64,000 nt of DNA from an uncultured Thermococci archaeon (GTDB taxonomy: Archaea > CAYQAE01 > CAYVLA01), in NCBI GenBank assembly GCA_964549615.1, contig CAZJVP010000051.1, forward strand, positions 1-64,000, written 5' to 3'. Within the stretch, counting starts at the first letter, position 1. Each line of letters begins with the position of its first letter. Made by a program: the position numbers and the translations under genes. Of the stretch, positions 9,273-19,402 are shown one piece after another. A model generated the notes under the pieces. The model was not told where the DNA came from and did no database searches. It saw only the letters and a program-made list of their open reading frames with translations.

Positions 9273-10517
9273 CTACCGCTTCCTGTTCCGCTCCGCGACG
9301 GAGCGGACGATCTCGGCAGCAAGCCTGCAGTGCTCGGCCCGGTACTTCTCGCAGAAAGTCGACCACCGTATGAAGTTTTCCAAGAAGTCCCTGGCTCTGG
9401 GACAGGAGTCAGCGCTGTAGCGGTAGGTGTGGCTCGCCGGCGGGACTGAATAAGGGTAGACCTTTCTGCGGGCGTAGTCATCGAGAAATGTGCAGGCTGC
9501 TGGCATCAGGTAGTATTTGCCCTGGCCGGCTCCGGGGATGCCGGCATCCGACAGCTGTTGTGCGAACTCCTCGGCGCTGCAGGTGAACTGCCCAGGATCG
9601 ATGCTGAACCCGAACATCCAGCAGGAATAGACGTTGAGGTAGTCAGGGATCCGAAGCGGCGTTATCCCAGGGATCTCTCCGATAAGATCCGTGAGCATCC
9701 TGGCCATCTTATCTCGATGGGCGACCTGGTCCCTGATGACCTCAAGCTGGGCTAGACAGATCGCCGCGGTGCATTGCGTCATCCGGTAGGCATACCCGGG
9801 TCGGACGTGCTTGCGGCCGAAGTGCGGTTCCATCACGGCCCCGCGGCTCTGTCCCATGAACCGAATTCTTTCCGCAAGCTCGTCGTCGTTCGTGACTATG
9901 CAGCCCCCCACATCGGAGCCCATCGTCTTCTCTGCGTCAAACGAGAACGCTCCCGCCCTAGAGAGCGTGCCGGCAAGCCGTCCTTTGTATTCCCCGAAGA
10001 GGGCCTGGCAGGCATCCTCGTACACGGCAAGGTCGTTACGTTTGGCAAGGGCGTTTATTGGGTCCATGTCGCAGATGATCCCGGTCTTGTGGACGACGAG
10101 GATCGCCTTGGTGCGATCTGTGATGCAGGGCTCGATCGTCTCGGCGCTCACGTTGAGGCTGTCCGGAGCGGTGTCCGGAAATACCGGGATGTAGTTCTCA
10201 CGCACGATGCCCTGGATCGTACCGTAGTCCGTCACCGGGCTCACGATGATTTCGTCGCCCGGGTCTAGTTCCAGCGCAGCGGCCAAGCACGCCAGAGCCG
10301 GCGTGCAACCGGGGGTCGCAATGCAGTGTTTGACGCCCAGTTCCCGGGCGAACGCCTTCTCGAAACGCCCGACCATATCGACGGTAAGGCCGCTGTCGAC
10401 AACTTCCTTGAGGTATTTCAGGCAGTTGGGCCCCATCGTGCGCGGGAAAGAGTTGGGCAGCCTCCCACCTAGGCCCTCGAAGGCCGCTGCGCCGTACCTA
10501 GCCCTCTCCTTGTCCGT
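9273..10517 (-). CDS. DegT/DnrJ/EryC1/StrS PLP-dependent aminotransferase (start uncertain, ACG proposed)
   Basis: PGDEIIV, EDACQA, FSFDAEK (PLP Lys). Confidence 0.9.
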   Translation of the reverse strand, partial: TDKERARYGAAAFEGLGGRLPNSFPRTMGPNCLKYLKEVVDSGLTVDMVGRFEKAFARELGVKHCIATPGCTPALACLAAALELDPGDEIIVSPVTDYGTIQGIVRENYIPVFPDTAPDSLNVSAETIEPCITDRTKAILVVHKTGIICDMDPINALAKRNDLAVYEDACQALFGEYKGRLAGTLSRAGAFSFDAEKTMGSDVGGCIVTNDDELAERIRFMGQSRGAVMEPHFGRKHVRPGYAYRMTQCTAAICLAQLEVIRDQVAHRDKMARMLTDLIGEIPGITPLRIPDYLNVYSCWMFGFSIDPGQFTCSAEEFAQQLSDAGIPGAGQGKYYLMPAACTFLDDYARRKVYPYSVPPASHTYRYSADSCPRARDFLENFIRWSTFCEKYRAEHCRLAAEIVRSVAERNRKR

Positions 10518-11289
10518 ACTTACACCCCGAAAGAAGATGCTCGACGACCTCGTTGGGTTCGGCCAGCCAAACCTCATCCCCTCCAAGGCGGATCACGGCC
10601 TCGAAACGTTCCTCAAGCTGTTCCAACGTGCAGTCCTTCCAAGGATGAATCGGCTTTCCGGGCATGGGGCAGTGGCAGTAGTCGATGACCCAACCTCGCT
10701 TCTCGATCGCTTGGTGGATCCGCTTGTAGGGATCGAAGGCCGAGTAGAAGGGTGGCGGGAACTGGCTGTGGATGGGCACGCGGCAAAGCCGCATGGGGTC
10801 AGTCCCGCGCGTGTTGATGTCGTCGTAGATGGTCATCACGGCCTTGTACCCCGCCCTCCTTGCCACCTTCAAGGCCGCCGGGTAACTGTCATTGCTCCCT
10901 GGGACGCAGAAGATGGATATGGGAAGGTCCAGTTTGCGCTCCAGGATGGCCTTAGCCATGACCACCTCCTCCTCTGCATTATCGTCAGTTATCGGCGCAT
11001 GGGTCTTGCCATGACACGAAACCCCCCAACCTTCCTTGCAAAGCATCGCCACCTCCTCCTTTGAGAGAATCATCATCCCGTCATAGCTGCTCCCGGGGAC
11101 ATTCCGCGGCACGCCGATCTGGTCCGCCACCAAGCAGACATGGCCCGGAATGCGGTACTTGCGGTGCAGCCCAAGCGCATAGTCTAGGAGGGCTTGGCAC
11201 CCTTCATCGTAAGTGATCGAATACACCCATCTCTTGCCGTCCTTCCAGACCCCATCAACCGCCTCTCTCGAAGGCCCGACCGGCAGCAT
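10498..11289 (-). CDS. Polysaccharide deacetylase (NodB/CE4-like)
   Basis: SITYDEG, GWGVSCHGKTH, FCVPG. Confidence 0.82.
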   Translation of the reverse strand: MLPVGPSREAVDGVWKDGKRWVYSITYDEGCQALLDYALGLHRKYRIPGHVCLVADQIGVPRNVPGSSYDGMMILSKEEVAMLCKEGWGVSCHGKTHAPITDDNAEEEVVMAKAILERKLDLPISIFCVPGSNDSYPAALKVARRAGYKAVMTIYDDINTRGTDPMRLCRVPIHSQFPPPFYSAFDPYKRIHQAIEKRGWVIDYCHCPMPGKPIHPWKDCTLEQLEERFEAVIRLGGDEVWLAEPNEVVEHLLSGCKYGQGEG

Positions 11290-11410
11290 TGCTGTCCATC
11301 CCTGCTATGATCCTGCCTGCCTCCTAACGTTCCTTAAGCCCAGATATTATATGTTGCGAGTTCTGTTGTGCTGCGGGGCCCCTTCGGCCCGGCGCATCGG
11401 CCTAGGTTGA

Positions 11411-11427
11411 GAAAACCTTTATTTACC
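11411..11427 (+). promoter_or_regulatory. Putative BRE/TATA promoter of rps2 operon
   Basis: GAAAACCTTTATTTACC. Confidence 0.55.
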
Positions 11428-11502
11428 TAGCTTGGGCGTCCAAGACAGGGGCGAAGGTGAAGGCCCAACGGCCGGCCCCTTCGTGATCCTTCTGGTGATA
11501 TC

Positions 11503-12162
11503 GTGTCCGAGGAGCAACAGTCAGCCCAGCCGTCACAGCAGCTGCGGGCACAGGCTGCGCAACCACAGCAGGAAAACCTCCTTGTACCCATGGACACATA
11601 CCTTGCTTCGGGCGTCCACATAGGCACCCAGCAGAAGAACAAGGACATGGAGGAGTACATCTACAGAGCCAGGACGGACGGCCTCTACGTCATGGATGTC
11701 CAGAAGACGGACGAGAAGATCAGGGTTGCGGGCCGGTTCGTGGCCCAGTACAAGCCGCAGGATGTGCTCATCGTCTCCGCCAGACAGTATGGCAAGAAAC
11801 CGATCACGATGTTCGCACAGGTGACCGGCGTCCGCGCCAAACCCGGCCGATTCGTGCCCGGGAGCCTCACCAACCCCAACCTCAAGGAATTCATGGAGAT
11901 CAAACTGCTCATCGCGACGGATCCGCGGGCCGACGCCCAGGCCATCTCGGAGGCTAGGGACGCGGGCATCCCCGTGATAGCGCTTTGCGACAGCGACAAC
12001 GAGACGTCGTACGTGGATCTGGTCATCCCGACAAACAACAAGGGCAAGAAGGCGCTCTCCCTTGTTTACATGCTCCTTGCAAGGGAGGTCCTGATGGCAA
12101 GGGGCGAGATCGACAGCTACGAGAAATTCCAATATGGCGCGGAAGCCTTCGAGGGGGAGTAG
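11503..12162 (+). CDS. rps2: 30S ribosomal protein S2 (uS2)
   Basis: [31 protein letters not shown]. Confidence 0.97.
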   Translation: MSEEQQSAQPSQQLRAQAAQPQQENLLVPMDTYLASGVHIGTQQKNKDMEEYIYRARTDGLYVMDVQKTDEKIRVAGRFVAQYKPQDVLIVSARQYGKKPITMFAQVTGVRAKPGRFVPGSLTNPNLKEFMEIKLLIATDPRADAQAISEARDAGIPVIALCDSDNETSYVDLVIPTNNKGKKALSLVYMLLAREVLMARGEIDSYEKFQYGAEAFEGE

Positions 12163-12164
12163 GG

Positions 12165-13013
12165 GTGGTGTCGAGGCGTCCGGCGGTCGCGGGGCAGTTC
12201 TACGAGGGAAGAGGCGAGGCCCTAAGGTCCCAGATCGAAGGCTTGTTCAAATCCAAGATGGGCCCGGGATCCCCGCCCAAGCAGCCCGGCAGTGAGGGCC
12301 GGGTCGTCGGCGCCGTGGTGCCTCATGCCGGCTACGTCTATTCAGGTGCCGTTGCGGCTTGGAGCTATTCCGCCATATACAAGGATCGCAGGCCGGGATC
12401 GTTCGTGATACTCGGGCCCAACCATCATGGCGTTGGGTCGGGCGTTTCCCTCTTCCCGGAAGGGACGTGGGAGACCCCGTTGGGAGCCGCTTCCATTGAT
12501 GATGGGCTGGCGAGGGCCATCCTCAAGACCTCAAGCATAATCGACAAGGATACGGAGGCGCACGCCTACGAGCATTCCATCGAGGTCCAGATACCCTTCT
12601 TGCAGTACCTCTTCGGGGGGATAAGGTTCGTTCCGATCTCGATGATGCTCCAGGACCTTGAGACGGCAACCGAGGTTGGTCGCGACATTGCGAAAGCAGC
12701 TAAAGCCGAGGGCGCGGATGTAGTCGTCATAGCCTCGACAGATTTTTCCCATTACGTTCCCCCCGACGTCGCCCACAGGAACGATGACTTGGCCATACAG
12801 CGCATCCTCGCGATGGATGCGCAGGGGCTGTTCAGGGTGGTAGAGGAGGAATCCATTTCCATGTGTGGTTATGGGCCGGTGATGGCCGCAATCGAGGCCT
12901 GCACCGCGATGGGTGCTAAGAGGGGCGAGCTTCTGAAGTACGCCACATCCGGCGACGTGATGCCCATGAGGGAGGTCGTCGGGTACGCATCCATTGCCAT
13001 GGTGAGGGGCTAG
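12165..13013 (+). CDS. MEMO1 family protein (AmmeMemoRadiSam protein B)
   Basis: RRPAVAGQFY, PHAGYVYSG, EHSIEVQ, STDFSHY, MCGYGP. Confidence 0.93.
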   Translation: MVSRRPAVAGQFYEGRGEALRSQIEGLFKSKMGPGSPPKQPGSEGRVVGAVVPHAGYVYSGAVAAWSYSAIYKDRRPGSFVILGPNHHGVGSGVSLFPEGTWETPLGAASIDDGLARAILKTSSIIDKDTEAHAYEHSIEVQIPFLQYLFGGIRFVPISMMLQDLETATEVGRDIAKAAKAEGADVVVIASTDFSHYVPPDVAHRNDDLAIQRILAMDAQGLFRVVEEESISMCGYGPVMAAIEACTAMGAKRGELLKYATSGDVMPMREVVGYASIAMVRG

Positions 13014-13801
13014 GCTCCGAAGCGCCTCTCCCTGTGCTGGAAGGTCCTGATGGCCCTGAGGAAGTCTATCTTCCTGAACTCCGGCCAGTACGACTCGCAG
13101 AAATACAACTCACTATAGGCCGACTGCCACAGCAGAAAACCGCTCAATCTCTCCTCGCCGGAGGTCCTGACTATGAGATCCGGGTCGGGAATCCCATCCG
13201 TGTAGAGGTGGGACCTTATCAGGTCCTCGCTGACCTGCGAAGCGTCGAGCAAGCCCTGACTGACCTTGTACGCTATCTTCCTGCATGCCTCGACGATCTC
13301 GAGCCTGCCCCCGTAGCCGACGGCGACGTTGAGTTGGTAGTCCGAGTATTCCTTGGTTGCGGCCTCGGCGACCGCGATGGCGTCGCGGACGTTCTCCGGC
13401 AGAAGATCGGTCTTGCCTATGGCGCGCACCCTCACCCTGTTGCGGTGGACCCGTTCGTCCTTGGAGACCTCTCTGAACTTCTCTTCGAACATCGACATGA
13501 GCGCCTTGACCTCTTCGCTGGGTCGGTTGAAATTCTCAGCCGAGAACGCGTAGACGGTAACGATCCTAATGCCGAGGTCCCAGCACCACTCGAGAACCTC
13601 TTCCAGCTTGCTCGCGCCCGACCTGTGGGCTTCGTTGCTGCTTATGCCCAGCGATCTTGCGAATCGTCGGTTCCCATCGAGGATCAGTCCTATATGACCT
13701 GGCAGGGGTCCTTTCCTGACGCCCCGTTCCAGCCGCCATTGGTAGGCCCTGTATATCGGGTAGAGTAGCAAGCCTCCCGCCCGACGAAGAAGCGTTTTCA
13801 A
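13010..13801 (-). CDS. uppS: cis-prenyltransferase (polyprenyl diphosphate synthase)
   Basis: HIGLILDGNRR, YAFSAENFNRP, RTSGEERLSGFLLWQ; TTG start estimated. Confidence 0.95.
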   Translation of the reverse strand: MKTLLRRAGGLLLYPIYRAYQWRLERGVRKGPLPGHIGLILDGNRRFARSLGISSNEAHRSGASKLEEVLEWCWDLGIRIVTVYAFSAENFNRPSEEVKALMSMFEEKFREVSKDERVHRNRVRVRAIGKTDLLPENVRDAIAVAEAATKEYSDYQLNVAVGYGGRLEIVEACRKIAYKVSQGLLDASQVSEDLIRSHLYTDGIPDPDLIVRTSGEERLSGFLLWQSAYSELYFCESYWPEFRKIDFLRAIRTFQHRERRFGA

Positions 13802-13968
13802 CGGTACAACTACCCCGGCGCCGTGGCACGGGGCCTCCGATTCCATATTAAATCTTTTCCGCGCTGAAAGCGGGCTCTTGTGACTATCTGTCTATCACCC
13901 CTTTGGGCGTCCATCCGCCATGAGCATGCTGGCCGGACGGCAGAATGATTTTTCCAACGGCTTTGGTG

Positions 13969-13983
13969 CAAAATATTTATATG
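13969..13983 (+). promoter_or_regulatory. Putative BRE/TATA promoter of the wHTH-smc-scpAB operon
   Basis: CAAAATATTTATATG. Confidence 0.55.
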
Positions 13984-14038
13984 CTCAGGCGGTTCGAGCG
14001 AGGCCGCCTGAGAAGTTCCCCCTAAAAGGCGAAACCCT

Positions 14039-14614
14039 TTGGTGACGCCCCGAGAAGAGAAAGGAATCTATGGCCTGGTCGGCAGCCCGGAGCGCCTCAA
14101 GATGCTAGAGGAGCTCAGATCGGGGCCCAAGGACAGGGGGTACTTCATCAACCTCCTTCACCTCTGGCCTCAGGCCGTCAAGTACCACATAGACATACTC
14201 GTCCGAGGCAAGCTCGTCGCAGAGAGATGGGCCGAGAAGGGAAGGAGGAAGAAGATCTACAGCCTCACGAAGGAGGGCGAGCGAGCAATGAGCAAGGTAC
14301 TGCAGCAGGGAAGGCGCTTCCCAGGCGACGACTGGGTTGATGTGTTCGTCGGGCCCAAAGGGAGGGACGTCCTCAACTTTCTTACCTCGGTGGCGGATGG
14401 CAAGTGGCACGACCTTCGCGAGGCGAGACAGCGCATCGGAGACCGGGAGATAGAGGCCTTGCATAGGAACGATATGATCGAGATCGATGCGAAAGGGTCA
14501 AGGGTCCGGATGAAGGAGTTCAGCCTGGCCATAAACTCCGACTGGATAAGGACCTTGGCCGGACGGAGCTCAAAGTCAGACTCGCGAAGCGGTGTCAATC
14601 CATGGTCTACATAG
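14039..14614 (+). CDS. Winged-helix protein (ArsR-like N-terminus, probable second wHTH)
   Basis: SPERLKMLEELRSGP...YHIDILVRGKLV...GRRKKIYSLTKEG; overlaps smc start. Confidence 0.75.
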   Translation: MVTPREEKGIYGLVGSPERLKMLEELRSGPKDRGYFINLLHLWPQAVKYHIDILVRGKLVAERWAEKGRRKKIYSLTKEGERAMSKVLQQGRRFPGDDWVDVFVGPKGRDVLNFLTSVADGKWHDLREARQRIGDREIEALHRNDMIEIDAKGSRVRMKEFSLAINSDWIRTLAGRSSKSDSRSGVNPWST

Positions 14615-17600
14615 AGAAAATATCGATGAGGGGTTTCAAGTCATTTGGAAACCAGAGGGTGAGCATACCGCTCTCGAAAGGGTTCACGGCCATCGTGGGG
14701 CCGAATGGTGCCGGAAAGAGCAACGTGGTCGACGGCATATGCTTCGTGCTCGGCAGGATGTCATCGAAGTCGATGCGCGCGGAGAAGTTCTCCGACCTGA
14801 TCTGGGCGGGAAACGAACACTTCCCTCCAGGATCCTACACCGAGGTCTCGCTCCATCTCAACAACTCAGACAGGAAGATACCTCTTGACGAGCCAAAGGT
14901 GGTCGTCTCACGGCGGGCCGATGCATCCGGGAGGTGCGTGTACCGGGCGAACAAGAGCCGCGTGACGCGCAACGAGATAGTCGATCTCCTCTCAATGGCC
15001 AACATCTTCCCGGAAGGCTACAACATAGTATTGCAGGGAGACATAACCAAGATCGTCAAGATGACGCCGGTCGAGCGAAGGATGCTCGTCGACGAACTTT
15101 CAGGGATAGCCGAGTATGACATGAAGAAAGAGAGGTCGATGAAGGAACTAACCAAGGCCGAGGAGAACATAAGGGCAACAAACCTGGTCATAGACGAGGT
15201 CCTCTCGCAACTGCGCAGGCTTGAGCGCGAGAGGGATGAGGCCGTCAGATACCAGGAGATCATAACCCAGATCAGGGAGCTCAGATGGCAGCTTCAGTAC
15301 AACCAACTCAGGAAGGACAGGGAGCGTTACAATGCCATCCTGGAGAGGACGAAGAAGGGCGCCGAGCGCATAGCGCAGATCGAAGCCGAGATCCAGCAGC
15401 TCAGCTTGGAGATCCAGAGGGAGCAGGAACGGCAGGACGAACTCCAGAGGACGATCGAGAGACGACAGGAGATCGATATGGAGAGGCTCGGAAAGCAGAT
15501 CGAGGAAGCGAGGGCGCAGATCGTCCGAGCCCAAGAGAACCTGAAGAATACGATCGAGAACCTGGAGAGGCAAAAACAGGTGGCGGCGCGGCTCGAGGAA
15601 GAGAAAGCTGGCACCGCTGAGAAGATCAAGGAGAGAAGGAACAGAATCAAGGCTTTGGAGGGACAGCGGCAGACGATCGCGAGCCTCCTTGAGTCGCTGC
15701 GCTCAAAACAGGCCTTGCTCAACGGTCGGATCGCCAAGGTCGAGGAACAGAACTCCGGCCTCAGGGACGCTCTGGCCAGCGTGGAGCTCAAGCTGAAGGA
15801 CGCCCGCGCGGCGGACGCAGTCGCGCGGCAGAGGTGCTCGCAGGCAGCCGCTAAACTGGGACAGGCGCGGCAGGAGCACGCATACCTCCAGAAGTCGTAT
15901 CAGGAGCTCTCAGAAAGATCCGAAGGCAAGAGGCTAAGGCAGGCCGAGGACAGGAGGGAACTGGCAGACCTTGAGGCGAAACTGTCCTCGTTGAGCGATG
16001 AAGCCCGAAGGTTGGCCGGGGAGATCGAGAAGGTCACTCGGACCCTCTCGACGGTGAACCAAGAGCTGGAAAAGACATCGAGCAAGGAGGCCCGCATGGA
16101 AGCGTTCCTGAGAGCGGCCGACGAGAGCCAGAACCCGGTCAAGAAGGCCATATCGTTCCTACTTCAACGCAAGGTGGCCGGGGACCCAGCGGGAATCGTC
16201 GGAACCGTTTCCAGCCTCGCCAAGGTGGCAGACTGCTACCGGACACCCATCTTCGCTGCGACCGGCCCCCTGTCGGATTACGTCGTGGTCAAGGACAGGC
16301 AGACCGCAGAACAATGCATACGCCTTCTGAAGGAGAAGAAAGCTGGATGGGCCAACTTCATTCCTCTCAGGGACCTGGAAAGGGTGAACTCCAAGCCGTC
16401 CCCAGAGTTGCTCAAGAAGAAGGGCATCGTGGGACTCGCCCTGGACATGGTCGAATTCAGCCAAGACCTGAGGCCCGTGTTCGAATTCGTCCTGGGCAGC
16501 ACCCTTGTGACCAGCGATCTGGAGTCATCGGACTCGCTCCCCAAGATGTTTCGCACCGTGACCATGGACGGCGAGGTGGTTGATCCATCGGGCATCGTTT
16601 CCGGTGGGTACTACGATCTTGCGTCGGGTCTCGCCCCCGCGCTGAGCTTCGGCGAGGGCGATCTTGCAACCTTACGAGATCAGGCCAGGTCGCTGAGGGA
16701 CGAAAGGCAGGCGCTATCGGAGGAGCTTGAGGAACTGCGATCCAGACTCCTTGAGGTGGAGATGAAACGGGCCGAGGTTCAGGCCGGCATCCAAGGCAGA
16801 CGGCAGAGCATCGATCTGCTAGAGAGGGAGATCCAGGAGATCGATGCCAAGATGCAAGAGACGTCAGCGTCGATCGGGATCGCCGAGCAGACGATAGCTG
16901 AACTTGCCTCCCAGGCCCAGGAGGCCGACGATGCTGCGCGGAAGATGGCGGAGGCTCTGGCCCGCCTTGAGATGGAGAGGGAGCGGCTGCTACGCCTTAT
17001 CGAAAGCCCCGAGCTTAGGGAATTGGACAAGGAGGCTAGAGCCCTCTCAGCGGCCATCAGCGAGAAGATTGAGGCACAGGCCAAGATTGCCTCGGAGATC
17101 ACTGCCCTAGAAAGGGAGACGCAACTCCTCGAGGAGTCAACGTCGACGGGTGACGATCGGCTCAAGGAGGCTAGACAGGCGGTGGCAGGACTGCAGGTGA
17201 TTCGCGACAAGATGGAGAAGGACATACCGAACCTGCAGAAGGAGCTCGTGCAGCTTACGGACTCGCAGCAGGACATCAGGGAGGGCATTCAGGAGCTCAA
17301 ACGAACCCTGTACGAGCAGAAGCAGGCCCACGGAGAACTGGTCCAGAAAAGGGCCGCCCTCATCGAGGACAAGAACAGGCTCTCCGTCGAGATCAACTCG
17401 TCGGTCTACGAAAGAAGCCAGCTTGACATCGAGATCCACCAACTCGAGGAGCAGCTCTCGCTTGCGGGTTACGAGTACGAGCCCCTGGAGATCGACAACC
17501 TCGAGGAGCTGTCAAGGAGGATCACGGTGCTGGAGGCCGACAAGTCCAAACTCGAGCCGGTGAACATGCGGGCAATAGAGGCGTACGAGGAGACGGAAGC

Positions 17601-18198
17601 CAAGTTCAATGAGTACAAGGAGAAGCGGGACAAGGTCATGGAGGAAAGGGAGGCGATCCTCCGTTTCATGAGCGAGATCGAGGCCAAGAAGAAGCAGGTC
17701 TTCATGGAGGCGTTCAACAGCATTGCGGCCAACTTCGAGAAGATCTTCGCGAAGCTCTCACCGGGAGGCGTGGGGAAGCTCTTGCTGGAAAACAATGATG
17801 ACCCATTCCAAGGGGGCCTTGAGATCCAGGCGAGGCCAGCAGGCAAGGAAGTCAACGTGATCGACTCGATGTCGGGCGGCGAGAAGGCCCTGACGGCGCT
17901 GGCCTTCATATTCGCGGTACAGGCATACAAACCATCGCCGTTCTACATCCTGGACGAGATAGACGCGCATCTGGATGACGACAACGTGAAGAGGGTGGCA
18001 GAGCTGATCCACGAGATATCCAGGGAGTCGCAGTTCGTCGTCGTCACGCTTCGCGACTCGATGATGGCGCAGGCAGACGAACTGATCGGGGTCAGCATGG
18101 ACGAGACCGGGGTGAGCAAGGTCGTCGGGGTCCGTTTGGAGGCCGGAAGGCTGGTGGAGGGCGAGGTGTTGGCCGAGGCAGGAGGTGATGAGGAGTGA
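14602..18198 (+). CDS. smc: Chromosome segregation protein SMC
   Basis: GPNGAGKSN, hinge, long coiled coils, MSGGEK, LDEIDAHLD. Confidence 0.97.
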   Translation: MVYIEKISMRGFKSFGNQRVSIPLSKGFTAIVGPNGAGKSNVVDGICFVLGRMSSKSMRAEKFSDLIWAGNEHFPPGSYTEVSLHLNNSDRKIPLDEPKVVVSRRADASGRCVYRANKSRVTRNEIVDLLSMANIFPEGYNIVLQGDITKIVKMTPVERRMLVDELSGIAEYDMKKERSMKELTKAEENIRATNLVIDEVLSQLRRLERERDEAVRYQEIITQIRELRWQLQYNQLRKDRERYNAILERTKKGAERIAQIEAEIQQLSLEIQREQERQDELQRTIERRQEIDMERLGKQIEEARAQIVRAQENLKNTIENLERQKQVAARLEEEKAGTAEKIKERRNRIKALEGQRQTIASLLESLRSKQALLNGRIAKVEEQNSGLRDALASVELKLKDARAADAVARQRCSQAAAKLGQARQEHAYLQKSYQELSERSEGKRLRQAEDRRELADLEAKLSSLSDEARRLAGEIEKVTRTLSTVNQELEKTSSKEARMEAFLRAADESQNPVKKAISFLLQRKVAGDPAGIVGTVSSLAKVADCYRTPIFAATGPLSDYVVVKDRQTAEQCIRLLKEKKAGWANFIPLRDLERVNSKPSPELLKKKGIVGLALDMVEFSQDLRPVFEFVLGSTLVTSDLESSDSLPKMFRTVTMDGEVVDPSGIVSGGYYDLASGLAPALSFGEGDLATLRDQARSLRDERQALSEELEELRSRLLEVEMKRAEVQAGIQGRRQSIDLLEREIQEIDAKMQETSASIGIAEQTIAELASQAQEADDAARKMAEALARLEMERERLLRLIESPELRELDKEARALSAAISEKIEAQAKIASEITALERETQLLEESTSTGDDRLKEARQAVAGLQVIRDKMEKDIPNLQKELVQLTDSQQDIREGIQELKRTLYEQKQAHGELVQKRAALIEDKNRLSVEINSSVYERSQLDIEIHQLEEQLSLAGYEYEPLEIDNLEELSRRITVLEADKSKLEPVNMRAIEAYEETEAKFNEYKEKRDKVMEEREAILRFMSEIEAKKKQVFMEAFNSIAANFEKIFAKLSPGGVGKLLLENNDDPFQGGLEIQARPAGKEVNVIDSMSGGEKALTALAFIFAVQAYKPSPFYILDEIDAHLDDDNVKRVAELIHEISRESQFVVVTLRDSMMAQADELIGVSMDETGVSKVVGVRLEAGRLVEGEVLAEAGGDEE

Positions 18199-18887
18199 GG
18201 TTGCAGCTCGACTACGGGCAACTGGATCTCGGGCGGGAGATAAAGCCGTTGGATCTGCTGCTTCACTTAGTGGTCGCGGGGAAGATGGATCCCTGGGAGA
18301 TAGATATCGTCGAGATCACCGACAAGTATTTCGAGAAGTTGGCCGAGTTCCGAGACCTCGATCTAAGGATATCCGCGCGAACGATCCTGGCCGGTTCGAT
18401 CCTCGTCAGGCTCAAGTCAGAGGCGATCCTGTCCTCGGATCAGGTCGATCTGAACGAGGAGGAAGAGGAGGAACTCAGGGAGATGTATCGAGTCCTTCCT
18501 CTTTTTCCGCCGATCAGGAGGGTCAATACGAAGACGACGCTTCCGCAGCTATTCGAGGCCCTCTTGGACGCCCTAGAGGAAGAGCGCTACAGGAAGGAGA
18601 TGATGCTTGCCTCCGCGGACCGGACGGAGGAGAGAACCCTCCTCGTGGACGAGGATCGAATCGACGTACGGGAATCCATGATGAGGCTTTACGATAGGAT
18701 CTGCAAGATCGCTTCGGCGGCGCGCAAGGTGAACTTCAAGGAGCTCTTGGTGGGCCAGGAAACGATCGCGATCTGCCGGACCTTCCTCTACCTCCTCTAC
18801 CTGGTCAGGGACGGCAAGATTAGGATATGGCAGGAGCACTTCTTCGGCGCGATCTACATCGAACCCGTGGGTGTGACGCGATCATGA
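18195..18887 (+). CDS. scpA: Kleisin ScpA
   Basis: MDPWEIDIVEITDKY, C-terminal TFLYLLYL...QEHFFGAIYI. Confidence 0.92.
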   Translation: MRLQLDYGQLDLGREIKPLDLLLHLVVAGKMDPWEIDIVEITDKYFEKLAEFRDLDLRISARTILAGSILVRLKSEAILSSDQVDLNEEEEEELREMYRVLPLFPPIRRVNTKTTLPQLFEALLDALEEERYRKEMMLASADRTEERTLLVDEDRIDVRESMMRLYDRICKIASAARKVNFKELLVGQETIAICRTFLYLLYLVRDGKIRIWQEHFFGAIYIEPVGVTRS

Positions 18888-19402
18888 GCCTGAAGGAAGA
18901 CAAAGCCCTCGTTGAAGCCTGTCTGTTTGCGGCTGGAAAGCCCGTCAAGATATCAGAGCTGGCCAGCCTGCTCGGCACCAGGTCGCAGGAGTACGTTGAG
19001 AAGCTCGTTGAGTATCTCGTTCTCGAGTACGAGGAGCGGGGCAGCTCGATCGAGATAGTCAGGGTCCTTGATGACAGCTTCGCCATGCAGCTGAAGGCTG
19101 GCATGTATGAGAAGGTACAGAACTACTCGCCTCGCAGCGAACTCTCCCCGGCAGTGTTGAAGACGCTGGCGCTGATCGCCTACAAACAGCCCGTGAAGCA
19201 GTCGGAGATCGCAAACATAGTTGGCAGCCAAGCGTACGAATACATCCGCAAGCTGATGGATCGCAAGTTCGTTTCGGCCTATGCCAGCGGAAGGACGAAG
19301 ATCCTGAAGACGACCAAGGAGTTCGCACAGTACTTCGGCTTCGAGACGGACGAGGCCAGCGAGATCAAGGAGAAGATGAAGAGCGTCGTGACGGTTGAGT
19401 AG
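18884..19402 (+). CDS. scpB: SMC-Scp complex subunit ScpB
   Basis: VEACLFAAGKP, LKTLALIAYKQP, TTKEFAQYFG; ATGA overlap with scpA. Confidence 0.93.
   Translation: MSLKEDKALVEACLFAAGKPVKISELASLLGTRSQEYVEKLVEYLVLEYEERGSSIEIVRVLDDSFAMQLKAGMYEKVQNYSPRSELSPAVLKTLALIAYKQPVKQSEIANIVGSQAYEYIRKLMDRKFVSAYASGRTKILKTTKEFAQYFGFETDEASEIKEKMKSVVTVE

Noticed and set aside
10246-11064. Long antisense or alternate-frame ORFs (also 6523-7110, 30024-30821, 44722-45501, 57686-58510)
   Set aside because: Shadow ORFs of real genes, expected at high GC; no motifs
11503-13013. rps2-MEMO1 linkage and the Gln-rich uS2 N-terminus
   Set aside because: Common archaeal neighbourhood; low-complexity extension not informative
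14602-19402. Wadjet-type SMC defence system
   Set aside because: Canonical Smc/ScpA/ScpB motifs and no JetD-like nuclease nearby
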